Positions 46,543 to 56,386 of a DNA stretch of 64,000 nucleotides are shown piece after piece. The translations under genes and the position numbers were made by a program. This DNA comes from an uncultured Alphaproteobacteria bacterium (GTDB lineage Bacteria; Pseudomonadota; Alphaproteobacteria; Sphingomonadales; Sphingomonadaceae), in NCBI GenBank assembly GCA_963800335.1, contig CAWDAN010000006.1:13659-77658 (forward strand), written 5' to 3'. Position 1 is the stretch's first letter, and every line of letters begins with the position of its first letter. Under the pieces are notes generated by a model. The model was not told the origin of the DNA. It was given only the letters and a program-made list of their open reading frames with translations, and did not search any database.

Positions 46543-47870
46543 GTGGTGAAGCCCATTTCGAGCGTCGCGACGCTGTCATCGAGCGATACCGATGCGTCGG
46601 CATCCTGGCGGATGTAATCGAGCAGTTCCTCCCGCCGTTCGACGGCTTCGTCGATCGTCGGGTCGCTGCCCTCGCGATAGGCGCCCATCAGCAACAGGTC
46701 GCGGTTTTCCTCATAGGCCGACCAGAGCCGACGGAAATTGGCCTGGGCGGCGCGATGTTCGGCGGGAATGATGTCGGTCGCCACGCGGCTGAGCGACTTG
46801 CCGACGTCGATCGCGGGAAAGACGCCCTGTTCGGACAACAGCCGCGACAGGATGATATGGCCGTCGACGATCGCGCGCGCGGTATCGACGACGGGGTCCT
46901 CCATGTCGCCGCCGTCGGCGAGCACGGTATAGATCGCGGTAATCGATCCGCCGCTGGCACGGTCGTTGCCGGCGCGTTCGATCAGGCGCGGAATCAGCGC
47001 GAGCGATGACGGCGGATAGCCCTTCATCGTCGGCGGTTCACCGAGCGACAGGCCGATCTCGCGTTGCGCGTGGGCGATCCGGGTCAGGCTGTCGATGATC
47101 AGCAGGACGCGCTTGCCCAGGCTGCGGAAATATTCGGCGATGGCGGTCGCGCGCGCGGCGGCGCGCAGGCGCAGGACTGGCGAATAGTCGGCCGGGACCG
47201 CGACGGTCACGGTGCGGCCCTTCATCGGACCGGAAAGTTTGGTCTCGACGAAATCGCTGACTTCGCGGCCGCGTTCGCCGATCAGGCCGATGACCGCAAC
47301 ATCGACATCGGCATTGGCGATGATCTGTCCGATCAGGACCGACTTGCCGACGCCCGAACCCGCCGCGATCGCAATACGCTGGCCGTATCCGGCGGTCAGC
47401 AGGCCGTTGATCGCGCGCACGCCCAGGTCGATCGGCTTGGTCACGCGGCCACGGTTGAGGACGTTCGAACGCTTGCCCGCCAGCGGCCAGTAAGCGTCGG
47501 AGATGATCGGGCCGCCGCCGTCGAGTGGTTCGCCCATCGGGCCGATGACGCGGCCCAACAGGCCGTCGCCGACCTGTGCCTGGCTCGACTGCATATCGGG
47601 TTCGACGCGCGCGCCGTTGCGCACCGCGCCATCGCTGTCGAGCGGGATCATCAGGGCGCGCGAACCGCGGAAGCCCGCGATCTCGGCTTTCATCGATCGT
47701 CCGTCGGCGGTGCGGATCGTGCCGCCAAAACCGATCGGATAGTCGAAACCGGTGACTTCCATCATGCCGGCATCGTGCGCGACCAGCTTGCCGATCCGGC
47801 GCGGGCCGCATCCGATCGCGCCAATCCTCTCGGCGAGGCCGGCAACCGCGCGTTCCTGGGCGGCGATCAT
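46539..47870 (-). CDS. fliI: flagellum-specific ATP synthase FliI
   Basis: Walker A GSGVGKS, Walker B LLIIDSLTR, F1-beta-like fold. Confidence 0.93.
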   Translation of the reverse strand: MIAAQERAVAGLAERIGAIGCGPRRIGKLVAHDAGMMEVTGFDYPIGFGGTIRTADGRSMKAEIAGFRGSRALMIPLDSDGAVRNGARVEPDMQSSQAQVGDGLLGRVIGPMGEPLDGGGPIISDAYWPLAGKRSNVLNRGRVTKPIDLGVRAINGLLTAGYGQRIAIAAGSGVGKSVLIGQIIANADVDVAVIGLIGERGREVSDFVETKLSGPMKGRTVTVAVPADYSPVLRLRAAARATAIAEYFRSLGKRVLLIIDSLTRIAHAQREIGLSLGEPPTMKGYPPSSLALIPRLIERAGNDRASGGSITAIYTVLADGGDMEDPVVDTARAIVDGHIILSRLLSEQGVFPAIDVGKSLSRVATDIIPAEHRAAQANFRRLWSAYEENRDLLLMGAYREGSDPTIDEAVERREELLDYIRQDADASVSLDDSVATLEMGFTT

Positions 47871-48496
47871 CGCGCCGCCTCGATCGCTTCGATCATCGAT
47901 TCAAGTTCGTTGAGGACGGGGTCGGTGCCCTGCTCGATCCAACCGTCGGAATGTGCCAGCGACAGCGTGCCGCGCGTCAGCGTCAGGTCGTCTTCGAGCG
48001 TGAGGCCATAGGTGGCCTCGCCGAGCAGCATCCTGTCCTGCGGATGGATGTGGAGGATGGCGTTCGAACAGTCCTTGTCGGCGAGCGCCGCGAGCGATGC
48101 GCAATGCTGTTTCAGCGTCTCGGCATCGGGCGCTGCAAATCCTGCGGTATTCTGCAGCAGCGTGCGGATCGTGCGGAGCAGCGTCTCGCACAGCGCGTCG
48201 CTGGGCTGGGGCTTGAGCGTTTCGACCGATTGGGCAAGACGGTCCGACGCCGCGATCAGCTCGGCATTGAGCTCGGCCATCGCGACCTGACCGTCCTCGT
48301 ATCCCTTGCGATAGGTGTCGTCGAGCTGCTGGCGAAACAGCGTCGCCGCATCCTCGTCGCGATCGCCCGAACGCTCGCCCCGGTCGTCGCGACCGCCTGA
48401 CGTGCTGAACGGGCTGAACGCGGCTTGCCAGACGGGGCGGAAACTTGCGGCGGCATCGCCCATCGCATGGGCAGCGAAGGGCTCAGACATAATCAT
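47867..48496 (-). CDS. fliH: flagellar assembly protein FliH
   Basis: Position between fliG and fliI. Acidic coiled-coil N-terminal half. Start set at ATG 48496 (RBS GGGGG 8 nt upstream); 48529 and 48490 are alternatives. Confidence 0.65.
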   Translation of the reverse strand: MIMSEPFAAHAMGDAAASFRPVWQAAFSPFSTSGGRDDRGERSGDRDEDAATLFRQQLDDTYRKGYEDGQVAMAELNAELIAASDRLAQSVETLKPQPSDALCETLLRTIRTLLQNTAGFAAPDAETLKQHCASLAALADKDCSNAILHIHPQDRMLLGEATYGLTLEDDLTLTRGTLSLAHSDGWIEQGTDPVLNELESMIEAIEAAR

Positions 48497-49553
48497 CGCT
48501 CTGACCCCCGATCGTGATGTCGCCGGCATCGGCCAGCTTGCGCGCCTGGGCGACGACCGCCTTCTGCGCGTCGATGACTTCGCTCATCGGCATTGGCCCG
48601 CGTTCGCCCATCTCGTCCTCGATCGTCTGCGCCGCACGGCTCGACATGGCGCCCAGGATTTTCGCCCTGAGCTTCGGATCTGCGCCCTTGAGCGCGGGAA
48701 TGAGCAGTTCGTTGTCGACGCTGCGCATGACGGTGCCGAGATCCTTGGCATCGATCGTGATAAGGTCGGCAAAGGTGAACATCTGGTCCTGGATCGCGCC
48801 GGCCAGCGTCTTGTCGCGCTTGGCCAGCGCCTTGATCATGCGGTTGCTGTTGCGCTTGCCGACGAGGTTCATGATCGCCGCGACATCCGATGCGGTTCCG
48901 CCGCCGGTATCGACCGGAGCCGATCCCTTGGGGGCATGGTGCGCCGACAGCAATTGTTCGATCGTCTCGATCGCGTCGGGGCTGACCTGGCCGAGCGTGG
49001 CAAAGCGATAGATGATGTCTTCCTGGTTCTCCGCGGGCATCAGCTTGAGCACTGCGGCCGCGTTGTCGGGTGACAGGAAGGACAATACCAACGCCACGAT
49101 CTGCGGATGTTCCTCCTCGATCATCGCGACAATTTCCTTCGGTGCCATCCACTTGAGGGCATCGAGGCTGGGCGCGGCCTTCTTGGGTGCGGTGCGACTG
49201 ATCATCGCCTCGGCGCGCTGTTCGCCCAGTGCTGTGGTCAGCATCGCCTGGATCTGGACATCAGCGCGGTAGCCGACCGTGGTCCGGTGGCGGGCGCGAT
49301 CGACGAACCGGTCGAGCACGCGGTTGATCTCGTCGGCGCCGACATTGGCGACCGAATACATGACGCTGCTCAGCTGCTGGACCTCGTCGGGCTCGAGGCG
49401 CGACAGGATGCCGGCGGCTTCCTCTTCGGAAAACAGCAGGAGCAGGATCGCCGCGGCCTGCTCGTCGTCGATGACCGGCGGGGCAGGGGTCTCGCTGACC
49501 GGTGTTGCGGCCGTTTCGACGTCGGTGTCTTCTTGTTCCAGGACATCAGCCAT
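48483..49553 (-). CDS. fliG: flagellar motor switch protein FliG
   Basis: ATG 49553. AAAILLLLFSEEEAAGILSRL, and the C-terminal torque-helix region (IQDQMFTFADL..., LKGADPKLRAKILGAMSSRAAQTIEDEM). Confidence 0.9.
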   Translation of the reverse strand: MADVLEQEDTDVETAATPVSETPAPPVIDDEQAAAILLLLFSEEEAAGILSRLEPDEVQQLSSVMYSVANVGADEINRVLDRFVDRARHRTTVGYRADVQIQAMLTTALGEQRAEAMISRTAPKKAAPSLDALKWMAPKEIVAMIEEEHPQIVALVLSFLSPDNAAAVLKLMPAENQEDIIYRFATLGQVSPDAIETIEQLLSAHHAPKGSAPVDTGGGTASDVAAIMNLVGKRNSNRMIKALAKRDKTLAGAIQDQMFTFADLITIDAKDLGTVMRSVDNELLIPALKGADPKLRAKILGAMSSRAAQTIEDEMGERGPMPMSEVIDAQKAVVAQARKLADAGDITIGGQSDDYV

Positions 49554-51240
49554 TGACGGCCTCCTTAGGCTTCTTCGCCGATTGCAGCAGGTCACGGACG
49601 ACCAGCGTCGCGTGCTCGGGATTCTGTTTTACGAAATTCTGGATCAGCAGCGCCCGTTCCTGATAGCTGTGCGCGGCAGTGATCATGTCGAGCGTGACCG
49701 GCAGGCTGTTCTCTTCGGGCGCGCGCGGACTCCCGTAGGACGGCGTGCCTGAGCTCCCGGCAATCGCCTTCATTTCCTTGCGCCGCTTGAGCAGCGGCCG
49801 GCCGATGAAGAAGATGATCGCCAGCGCGACGAGCGTCGCCGACAGGTTGCGGATCAGCATTGCGAGCCAGCTCGCCTCGTACCAGGCTTCCTTCGTTTCA
49901 ACGACTGGCTGGAACGAGCGCGACGATACCGCGACCTGGTCTCCGCGCGCCTGATTGAAGCCAATGGCACCTTTGACGAGCTTCTCGATCGATGCGATCT
50001 CGGCGGCGCTACGCGGTTTTCCGCCGGGCGCGTTGGCCACGGCCACGGCGACCGAAAGGCGGCTGACGTCGCCGGTTGCTTCGCGGACAACCGATACCGA
50101 ACGGCCGAGTTCGAAACTGCGGTTGACCTGTTCCTGGCGGGTTTTCAATTCGGCGGAGGGGTCCGACTGGCTGCCCATCTGGTCCTGGGCCGTCGCATTG
50201 GCGGGCGGCTGGTCGGACACCGCGCCGGGAATCCCGCCAACAGAGCCACCTGAGCCGTCGCCTTCGGATGTCCAGCTGCGCTGCTCGCTGCGGATCCGGG
50301 CTTCGTCCTTGGGATAGGTTTCGCTGGTCGCCTGGCGCTGGGAGAAATCGAGGTCGGCCGACACTTCGGCGGCAAAATTGTTGGCGCCGAGGATCGGGGT
50401 CAGAAGTGCAGTCAGCGAACGCCGATAACGGTCCTCGATCTGTTCGCGGACAAGCAGCTGCTGACCGGCTTCGCCCATCGGACCTGCACCGGCGCTTTGC
50501 GACAGCAAGTGACCGTTCTGGTCGACCACCGACACGCGCTCGGCGTTGAGGCCCGAGACCGAACTGGCAACGAGATGGGTGATTGCCTGGACCTGGTCGC
50601 TGCCCAGCGTGGACCCCGAACCAAGGTTGAGGATGACCGATGCAGCGGGCTCGTTGCGTTCCCGGATGAACACGCTCGGCGGATCGACGGCAAGATGGAC
50701 GCGCGCCGAAATCACGCTGTCGATCGCCTCGATAGAGCGTGCGAGGTCGGCTTCGCGAGCGCCGCGAAGCTTTTCGGTCTCGACCGCGCGGCTGGCGCCC
50801 ATCGGCATGCTCGAGATCATGCTGTCGCCATCGGGCGCGCTCTTGGGCAGGCCTTCGGCGGCGAGCATCATCTTGGCAGCGTGGTAATCGTCCTCGTTGA
50901 CCGTCAGCGCACCGGTCGCATCGTCGATCTGAAAGGCGATGTTCGAGGTGCCGAGCGCGGAGGCGACGGCAGCCTTGTCGCTTTCGGGCAGGCCGCGGAA
51001 CAGGTCGCGCTGCGGCGGCGACTGCAAGGCCATCCAGGCGAGCGCGGCCATCGCTACAACGGCCATGAAGCCAAGCAGCGGCAGCGACTTGGCGACCGCC
51101 GGCTGGGAGATGAATTCGCGTGCGCGATCGGCGAGACCGGCCATGTTGGCGCCGCCACCAATCGGCTTCAGCCGGTGGGGGGTGAGGGTGGTCGCCGAAC
51201 TGCCGGCATCACCCGGCTGGGAAATGGTCATCTGGTTCAT
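49546..51240 (-). CDS. fliF: flagellar M-ring protein FliF
   Basis: 564 aa. YscJ/FliF ring-building motifs, two TM helices, 8-nt overlap with fliG. Confidence 0.92.
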   Translation of the reverse strand: MNQMTISQPGDAGSSATTLTPHRLKPIGGGANMAGLADRAREFISQPAVAKSLPLLGFMAVVAMAALAWMALQSPPQRDLFRGLPESDKAAVASALGTSNIAFQIDDATGALTVNEDDYHAAKMMLAAEGLPKSAPDGDSMISSMPMGASRAVETEKLRGAREADLARSIEAIDSVISARVHLAVDPPSVFIRERNEPAASVILNLGSGSTLGSDQVQAITHLVASSVSGLNAERVSVVDQNGHLLSQSAGAGPMGEAGQQLLVREQIEDRYRRSLTALLTPILGANNFAAEVSADLDFSQRQATSETYPKDEARIRSEQRSWTSEGDGSGGSVGGIPGAVSDQPPANATAQDQMGSQSDPSAELKTRQEQVNRSFELGRSVSVVREATGDVSRLSVAVAVANAPGGKPRSAAEIASIEKLVKGAIGFNQARGDQVAVSSRSFQPVVETKEAWYEASWLAMLIRNLSATLVALAIIFFIGRPLLKRRKEMKAIAGSSGTPSYGSPRAPEENSLPVTLDMITAAHSYQERALLIQNFVKQNPEHATLVVRDLLQSAKKPKEAVNG

Positions 51241-51241
51241 A

Positions 51242-51592
51242 TTACACCGGCATGTTCATGATGTTCTCGTAAGCCGAGAGCAGCTTGTTGCGGACCTGCA
51301 ACGTGGCCTCAAATCCAACCGAAGCCCTCTGTTTGGCGAGCATGACCGCGGCGATGTCGGTGGTTTCACCGGCGTCGTAGGCCGAGGCCGCGTTGGCCGC
51401 GACGGTCTGGCTTTCGTTCACCTGCTGGAGAGCATCGCGCATCGTCGTCGCAAAGGGCATCTCGACGCTTGCGGTATCTCCGCCGATCGGGGCGGTGCCG
51501 CCCTTCGGAGCGTCGACGACGTTCTGGAAAACCTTGTTTTGCTGCAGGATCGCATTGCGCGCTGCGAGCAGGCTGTTGGCCATCGGTTGCAT
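51242..51592 (-). CDS. fliE: flagellar hook-basal body complex protein FliE
   Basis: Strong RBS GAAGGAGG. C-terminus AKQRASVGFEATLQVRNKLLSAYENIMNMPV is typical of FliE. Confidence 0.88.
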   Translation of the reverse strand: MQPMANSLLAARNAILQQNKVFQNVVDAPKGGTAPIGGDTASVEMPFATTMRDALQQVNESQTVAANAASAYDAGETTDIAAVMLAKQRASVGFEATLQVRNKLLSAYENIMNMPV

Positions 51593-51606
51593 GTTTCAGT
51601 CCTCCT

Positions 51607-52923
51607 TCAAGCCGCTTCGGCCAGGTCGCGCATGTCGGCGAGCCGGTAACGGAGCGTGCGTTCGGAAATGCCGAGCAATTCGGCGGCCCGGCGGCGATTG
51701 CCGTCGGTTTCTTCTAAAGTACTGTGGATCGCCTCGAACTCGGCCATCTTTGCGCGGGTCTGCAGGTCGCGACCCGACAGGACGCGGTTGCCGGTGCCGA
51801 TCGGATCGGGACGCGGCGCAGCGACGGTCTTGGCAGCGGGTGCTGCGGGAGGAGTTGCGGGTGCGATTTGAGCGCTGCGCAAATCGAAATCGGAAATGGT
51901 GATCGCGTCGCCGTCGTGCAGGACCAGCGCGCGCTGCAGCATGTTGCACAGCTCGCGAACATTGCCGGGAAAGTCGTGCGCCATCAGCGCCTGCAGCGCA
52001 TCGGCCTCGATCCAGGCGAAGCTGTCCTGGTCGGCCTGCAACGCGAGCAGCATCGTTGCGGCGATCGCGCAGACATCCTGGCGACGTTCGTGCAGCGGTG
52101 CGATCTCGATCGGCATGACGTTGAGGCGCCAGTAGAGGTCCTCGCGAAACCGTCCGGCGGCGACTTCGGCGGTGAAGTTGCGGTTGGCGGCGGCGACGAT
52201 GCGGATGTCGACCTTGATCGCGCTGGTCTCGCCGACCGGGAGGACTTCGCCTTCCTGCAGCGCGCGCAGCAACTTCGCCTGCAGCTCGAGCGGCAGCTCG
52301 GTAATCTCGTCGAGGAACAGCGTGCCGCCGTCGGCAGCGCGGAACAGGCCTTCGCTCTCGCCGCTGGCACCAGTGAAGGCGCCGCGCTTGTGACCGAACA
52401 GCATGGCTTCGATCATCGTCGCGGGAAGCGCGGCGCAATTGACCGCGATGAAGGGGCCGTCGGCGCGCGGACTCTGGTTGTGGACGAAGCGCGCCATGCC
52501 TTCCTTACCGACGCCGGTATCGCCCTGGATCAGGACTGCGGCCTCGCTCGCGGCGATCTTGGCGGCATAGCGCATCAGCTTGGCGCTGGCGGGTTCGCCA
52601 ATCGCCGGGCCCGCGCCGCGAACGGCTTCGCCGATCAGTGCATGGCCCAGTTTCATGTCGGCGGGGCCGAAAGCGATGTGAAGTGGCTGGCCCTTGGTCG
52701 CCTGCGTCAGGCTCGGCGGTCCGTCGCGGAATTCGACGATGATGTCGCGGTGACAGGCCTGCGCCATTTCGCTTTTGGTAAGAATACGCACGGGGCGCGT
52801 CCGAGGAGAGCCTTCGTCGCCTTCGAGCGGCGTGGTCTCGATCAGGATCGCATTAAGATACGCCGCCAGAGTCGGCAGCATGGCCGCGGCGTTGTCGCTG
52901 ATTGCGCTCTTGGTGATCTTCAT
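51607..52923 (-). CDS. sigma-54-dependent flagellar transcriptional activator (FleQ/FlbD-like) with a non-receiver N-terminal domain
   Basis: ATG 52923. N-terminal domain of about 125 aa lacks the receiver acidic pocket. AAA+ core ([24 protein letters not shown]) and C-terminal Fis-type HTH ([21 protein letters not shown]). Confidence 0.85.
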   Translation of the reverse strand: MKITKSAISDNAAAMLPTLAAYLNAILIETTPLEGDEGSPRTRPVRILTKSEMAQACHRDIIVEFRDGPPSLTQATKGQPLHIAFGPADMKLGHALIGEAVRGAGPAIGEPASAKLMRYAAKIAASEAAVLIQGDTGVGKEGMARFVHNQSPRADGPFIAVNCAALPATMIEAMLFGHKRGAFTGASGESEGLFRAADGGTLFLDEITELPLELQAKLLRALQEGEVLPVGETSAIKVDIRIVAAANRNFTAEVAAGRFREDLYWRLNVMPIEIAPLHERRQDVCAIAATMLLALQADQDSFAWIEADALQALMAHDFPGNVRELCNMLQRALVLHDGDAITISDFDLRSAQIAPATPPAAPAAKTVAAPRPDPIGTGNRVLSGRDLQTRAKMAEFEAIHSTLEETDGNRRRAAELLGISERTLRYRLADMRDLAEAA

Positions 52924-52980
52924 TCCCGTATCCCCCGATGACGTGGTGGTCGATCCACCGATGTCCTCAGCAACGAATAC

Positions 52981-52995
52981 GCAAGGACCGTGCCA
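52981..52995 (-). promoter_or_regulatory. sigma-54 promoter (-24/-12) for the activator-fliE...flhB operon
   Basis: Minus strand TGGCACGGTCCTTGC, an exact TGGCACG-N4-TTGC, 58 nt upstream of ATG 52923. Confidence 0.75.
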
Positions 52996-53150
52996 ATTTC
53001 TGGGATGGCCGGTTTCTCGGGATCCGGGTGGCGTCAAGCGGCTGGACCGGGGCGAAGCGTCAACTTCCAGGCGGTCGAGCGTCAAGAAATTGGCGCTCCC
53101 CTATAAAGGAGCCATCGCACCCCTCGCCGGACCGAGATGGTTTTTTCGAT

Positions 53151-53177
53151 TTAACCAATCCGCCGACCTGCCGTCAC
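53151..53177 (+). promoter_or_regulatory. sigma-28 (FliA)-type promoter of flagellin gene 1
   Basis: TTAAC-N14-GCCGTCAC, 56 nt upstream of ATG 53233. Confidence 0.55.
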
Positions 53178-53232
53178 TGTGGCTGTACCGGCGACAACAG
53201 CCGGACTGGGATCACTGCTAAAGGAATTCAAC

Positions 53233-54117
53233 ATGACTGTTATCGGAACCAACATCTCCGCGATGCGCTCGTCGGCTGCTTCGAACCGCGCAGAAATGGG
53301 ACTTTCAAAAGCTATCGAGCGCCTGTCGTCGGGCCGCCGCATCAATTCTGCCAGCGACGACGCGGCTGGCCTGGCCATCAGCACTCGCATGACGTCTGAA
53401 GTTCGCGGCCTCAACATGGCCGTACGCAATGCCAATGATGGCATCTCGCTCGCTCAGACCGCCGAGGGCGGCCTTAACGAGATCACCAACATGCTCCAGC
53501 GTCTACGTGAACTGTCGGTCCAGTCGGCCAACGGCACGCTGTCGAATGGCGATCGCTCCAACCTTCAGGCCGAAGTGACGCAGTTGGTCGGCCAGATCGA
53601 CGATATTTCGAGCCGGACCGATTTCAACGGGGTTAAGCTGCTCGACGGGACCAACGCCTCGCTGTCGATCCAGACCGGATCGCAGGCCGGCGACCAGGTT
53701 ACGATCACGTTGGCCAAGGTTACCAAGGCTGCGCTCGGCACCGACACCGATGCCGACGGCACGGTCGACGTCCTGACGCTTGCCGATGCCTCGACCCGTA
53801 ATGCCAACGTCGCGAGCATCGACATATCGACGGATGAAGGTGCCGTTCTGGCGCTTAAGGTTCTCGATGATGCGCTGACCACGGTGACCACCGCGCAGGC
53901 CAACCTCGGCGCATCGCAGAACCGTCTGCAGGCATCGATCAGCAGCTTGACCGACCGCGTCACCAACCTGTCCGAATCGCGTTCACGGATCCTTGATGCC
54001 GACTTCTCGGCGGAATCGAGCCAGCTGGCGAAGTTCCAGATCCTCAACCAGGCATCGACCGCGATGCTAGCCCAGGCCAATCAGAGCCAGCAGGGCGTTC
54101 TCAGCCTGCTGCGCTGA
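53233..54117 (+). CDS. fliC: flagellin (294 aa, copy 1)
   Basis: RBS AAGGAA. N-terminal D0/D1 ([12 protein letters not shown]..., [15 protein letters not shown]) and C-terminal D1/D0 ([11 protein letters not shown]..., [26 protein letters not shown]). Confidence 0.93.
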   Translation: MTVIGTNISAMRSSAASNRAEMGLSKAIERLSSGRRINSASDDAAGLAISTRMTSEVRGLNMAVRNANDGISLAQTAEGGLNEITNMLQRLRELSVQSANGTLSNGDRSNLQAEVTQLVGQIDDISSRTDFNGVKLLDGTNASLSIQTGSQAGDQVTITLAKVTKAALGTDTDADGTVDVLTLADASTRNANVASIDISTDEGAVLALKVLDDALTTVTTAQANLGASQNRLQASISSLTDRVTNLSESRSRILDADFSAESSQLAKFQILNQASTAMLAQANQSQQGVLSLLR

Positions 54118-54161
54118 TCCCCGGAGCAGGACGGACCAGCTTCGTCCATCCGGGTATGACT

Positions 54162-54205
54162 GGCGCCCGTCGGACCTCGTCCGACGGGCGCCCTTTTGCG
54201 TTTTG
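54162..54205 (+). terminator. intrinsic terminator of flagellin gene 1
   Basis: GGCGCCCGTCGGAC-ctc-GTCCGACGGGCGCC (14-bp stem) followed by CTTTTGCGTTTT. Confidence 0.8.
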
Positions 54206-54244
54206 ATGCTCGTCTAAACCACGGAAAATTATAGGACTTTCTTC

Positions 54245-54271
54245 TTAAGTAAATTCTGCCGCCGCCGTTAG
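54245..54271 (+). promoter_or_regulatory. sigma-28 (FliA)-type promoter of flagellin gene 2
   Basis: TTAAG-N14-GCCGTTAG, 56 nt upstream of ATG 54327. Confidence 0.6.
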
Positions 54272-54326
54272 CAGGTTTGAGGCTGCTAGAATTTCGAGCC
54301 GCCGCAACAGGAAGAAGGACCTACTC

Positions 54327-55214
54327 ATGTCTGTAATTGGAACCAACATTTCCGCCATGCGCGCGTCGACGGCCTCGTCACGCGCGGAAGTTGGCCTGTC
54401 GAAGGCGATCGAACGCCTGTCGACCGGTCAGCGCATCAACTCGGCCAGCGACGATGCTGCCGGCCTCGCCATCGCGACCCGGATGACCTCGGAAGTCCGC
54501 GGCCTCAACATGGCAAAGCGCAATGCCAATGACGGCATTTCGCTCGCCCAGACCGCCGAAGGCGGTATGAACGAAGTCACCAACATGCTCCAGCGCATGC
54601 GCGAACTGGCCGTTCAGTCGGCCAACGGCACGCTCTCGTCGGGCGATCGGACCAACCTGCAGGCGGAAGTCACGCAGCTGGTCCAGCAGATCGGCGACAT
54701 TTCGAGCCGCACCGATTTCAACGGTGTCAAGCTGCTCAACGGCAGCAACGCCTCGATCTCGATCCAGACGGGTTCGAAAGCTAGCGAAAGTGTCAGCGTT
54801 GGTCTGACGAGCGTTGCAGCTGCAGACCTCAAGCAGTTCAAGGCCGACGGCACGACGCAGGAAACGTTCAAGGCTGCCGACACGACGACAGACGTCGATG
54901 CAACCGTTGCCAACATCAACATCTCTTATGGCGCAGGCGCTCAGGCTGCCCTGGGGATTCTCGATGCCGCGCTCAACACGGTGACGACCGCACAGGCCAA
55001 CCTCGGCGCTTCGCAGAACCGTCTGCAGGCTACCGTCAGCAGCCTGACCGACCGCGTCACGAACATCTCGGAATCGCGTTCGCGCATCCAGGACGCCGAT
55101 TTCTCGGCGGAATCGACGCAGCTCGCGAAGTTCCAGATCCTCAACCAGGCATCGACCGCGATGCTGGCGCAGGCGAACCAGAGCCAGCAGGGCGTTCTCA
55201 GCCTGCTGCGTTAA
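54327..55214 (+). CDS. fliC: flagellin (295 aa, copy 2)
   Basis: Same N- and C-terminal flagellin domains as copy 1, with a different central region. Confidence 0.93.
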   Translation: MSVIGTNISAMRASTASSRAEVGLSKAIERLSTGQRINSASDDAAGLAIATRMTSEVRGLNMAKRNANDGISLAQTAEGGMNEVTNMLQRMRELAVQSANGTLSSGDRTNLQAEVTQLVQQIGDISSRTDFNGVKLLNGSNASISIQTGSKASESVSVGLTSVAAADLKQFKADGTTQETFKAADTTTDVDATVANINISYGAGAQAALGILDAALNTVTTAQANLGASQNRLQATVSSLTDRVTNISESRSRIQDADFSAESTQLAKFQILNQASTAMLAQANQSQQGVLSLLR

Positions 55215-55260
55215 TCCTCCCGGTGCGATGGGCGGTGTCCATCGTGCCAACGACCAGAAG

Positions 55261-55294
55261 CGCCCGTCCGGATATTTCCGGCGGGCGTTTTTGC
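55261..55294 (+). terminator. intrinsic terminator of flagellin gene 2
   Basis: CGCCCGtCCGGA-tatt-TCCGGCGGGCG followed by TTTTTGCG. Confidence 0.8.
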
Positions 55295-55353
55295 GTCGAG
55301 GCGGATGCGCAGCCAGGTGATTGACGCAGGTTAAATCATGATCGCCAATTTGC

Positions 55354-55380
55354 TTAAGCGATCGAACATGCCGCCGTTAA
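55354..55380 (+). promoter_or_regulatory. sigma-28 (FliA)-type promoter of flagellin gene 3
   Basis: TTAAG-N14-GCCGTTAA, 56 nt upstream of ATG 55436. Confidence 0.6.
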
Positions 55381-55435
55381 CCCCTTCGAGGCTGCTGAAA
55401 AGTTGAGCTGCCGCAACAGGAAGAAGGACCTACTC

Positions 55436-56266
55436 ATGTCTGTAATTGGAACCAACATCTCCGCCATGCGCGCGTCGACGGCATCGTCGCGCGCCGAAAT
55501 GGGCCTGTCGAAGGCAATCGAACGCCTGTCGACCGGTCAGCGCATCAACAACGCCAGCGACGATGCTGCCGGTCTCGCCATTGCGACCCGCATGACTTCG
55601 GAAGTCCGCGGCCTCAACATGGCGATGCGCAATGCCAATGATGGCATCTCGCTCGCCCAGACCGCCGAAGGCGGCATGAACGAAATCACCAACATGCTCC
55701 AGCGTATGCGCGAACTGTCGGTCCAGTCGGCCAACGGCACGCTTTCTGCCGGCGATCGCACCAACCTTCAGGCCGAAGTCACGCAGCTGATCGGTCAGAT
55801 CGGCGACGTTTCGGGCCGCACCGACTTCAATGGCGTCAAGCTGCTCGACGGTACCAACACCTCGATCGCGATTCAGACCGGCTCGAAGGCTGGCGAGAAC
55901 GTCTCGATCGCTCTGTCCAACGTCTCCGCCTCTGCGCTGACCGACGGAACGACTGCAGTGTCGGCAATTGACATCAGCACAAAGGCAGGTGCCGATCTCG
56001 CTTTGTCTTCGCTCGACGCCGCGCTGACCACCGTCACGACCGCACAGGCCAACCTCGGCGCTTCGCAGAACCGTCTGCAGGCTACCGTCAGCAGCCTGAC
56101 CGACCGCGTCACGAACATCTCGGAATCGCGTTCGCGCATCCAGGACGCCGATTTCTCGGCGGAATCGACGCAGCTCGCGAAGTTCCAGATCCTCAACCAG
56201 GCATCGACCGCGATGCTGGCGCAGGCGAACCAGAGCCAGCAGGGCGTTCTCAGCCTGCTGCGTTAA
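55436..56266 (+). CDS. fliC: flagellin (276 aa, copy 3)
   Basis: Internal ATG 55436 of ORF 55403.. ([14 protein letters not shown]...), with the same RBS context as copy 2. The central domain is shorter. Confidence 0.93.
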   Translation: MSVIGTNISAMRASTASSRAEMGLSKAIERLSTGQRINNASDDAAGLAIATRMTSEVRGLNMAMRNANDGISLAQTAEGGMNEITNMLQRMRELSVQSANGTLSAGDRTNLQAEVTQLIGQIGDVSGRTDFNGVKLLDGTNTSIAIQTGSKAGENVSIALSNVSASALTDGTTAVSAIDISTKAGADLALSSLDAALTTVTTAQANLGASQNRLQATVSSLTDRVTNISESRSRIQDADFSAESTQLAKFQILNQASTAMLAQANQSQQGVLSLLR

Positions 56267-56312
56267 TCCCCCCGGTGCGATGGGCGGTGTCCATCGTGCC
56301 AACGACCAGAAG

Positions 56313-56346
56313 CGCCCGTCCGGATACCTCCGGCGGGCGTTTTTGC
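56313..56346 (+). terminator. intrinsic terminator of flagellin gene 3
   Basis: CGCCCGtCCGGA-tacc-TCCGGCGGGCG followed by TTTTTGCG. Near-identical to the copy 2 terminator. Confidence 0.8.
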
Positions 56347-56386
56347 GTTGATCGAGGGCACGGTGAGTGGTGCGACCGATCCGCGT

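Noticed and set aside
36296-52923. c-di-GMP binding by the two sigma-54 activators (FleQ-type R-switch and post-Walker-A residues)
   Set aside because: The post-Walker-A segments read KEVVAQAIH and KEGMARFVH. Without an alignment I cannot establish that the Pseudomonas FleQ binding residues are conserved. Only the genomic link to the HD-GYP gene is reported.
54277-56350. Repeated blocks around flagellin genes 2 and 3 as a CRISPR array or mobile element
   Set aside because: The repeats are whole gene cassettes (leader, coding ends, terminator) of about 1.1 kb, not short direct repeats with spacers. No transposase, integrase or terminal inverted repeats are present anywhere in the window.
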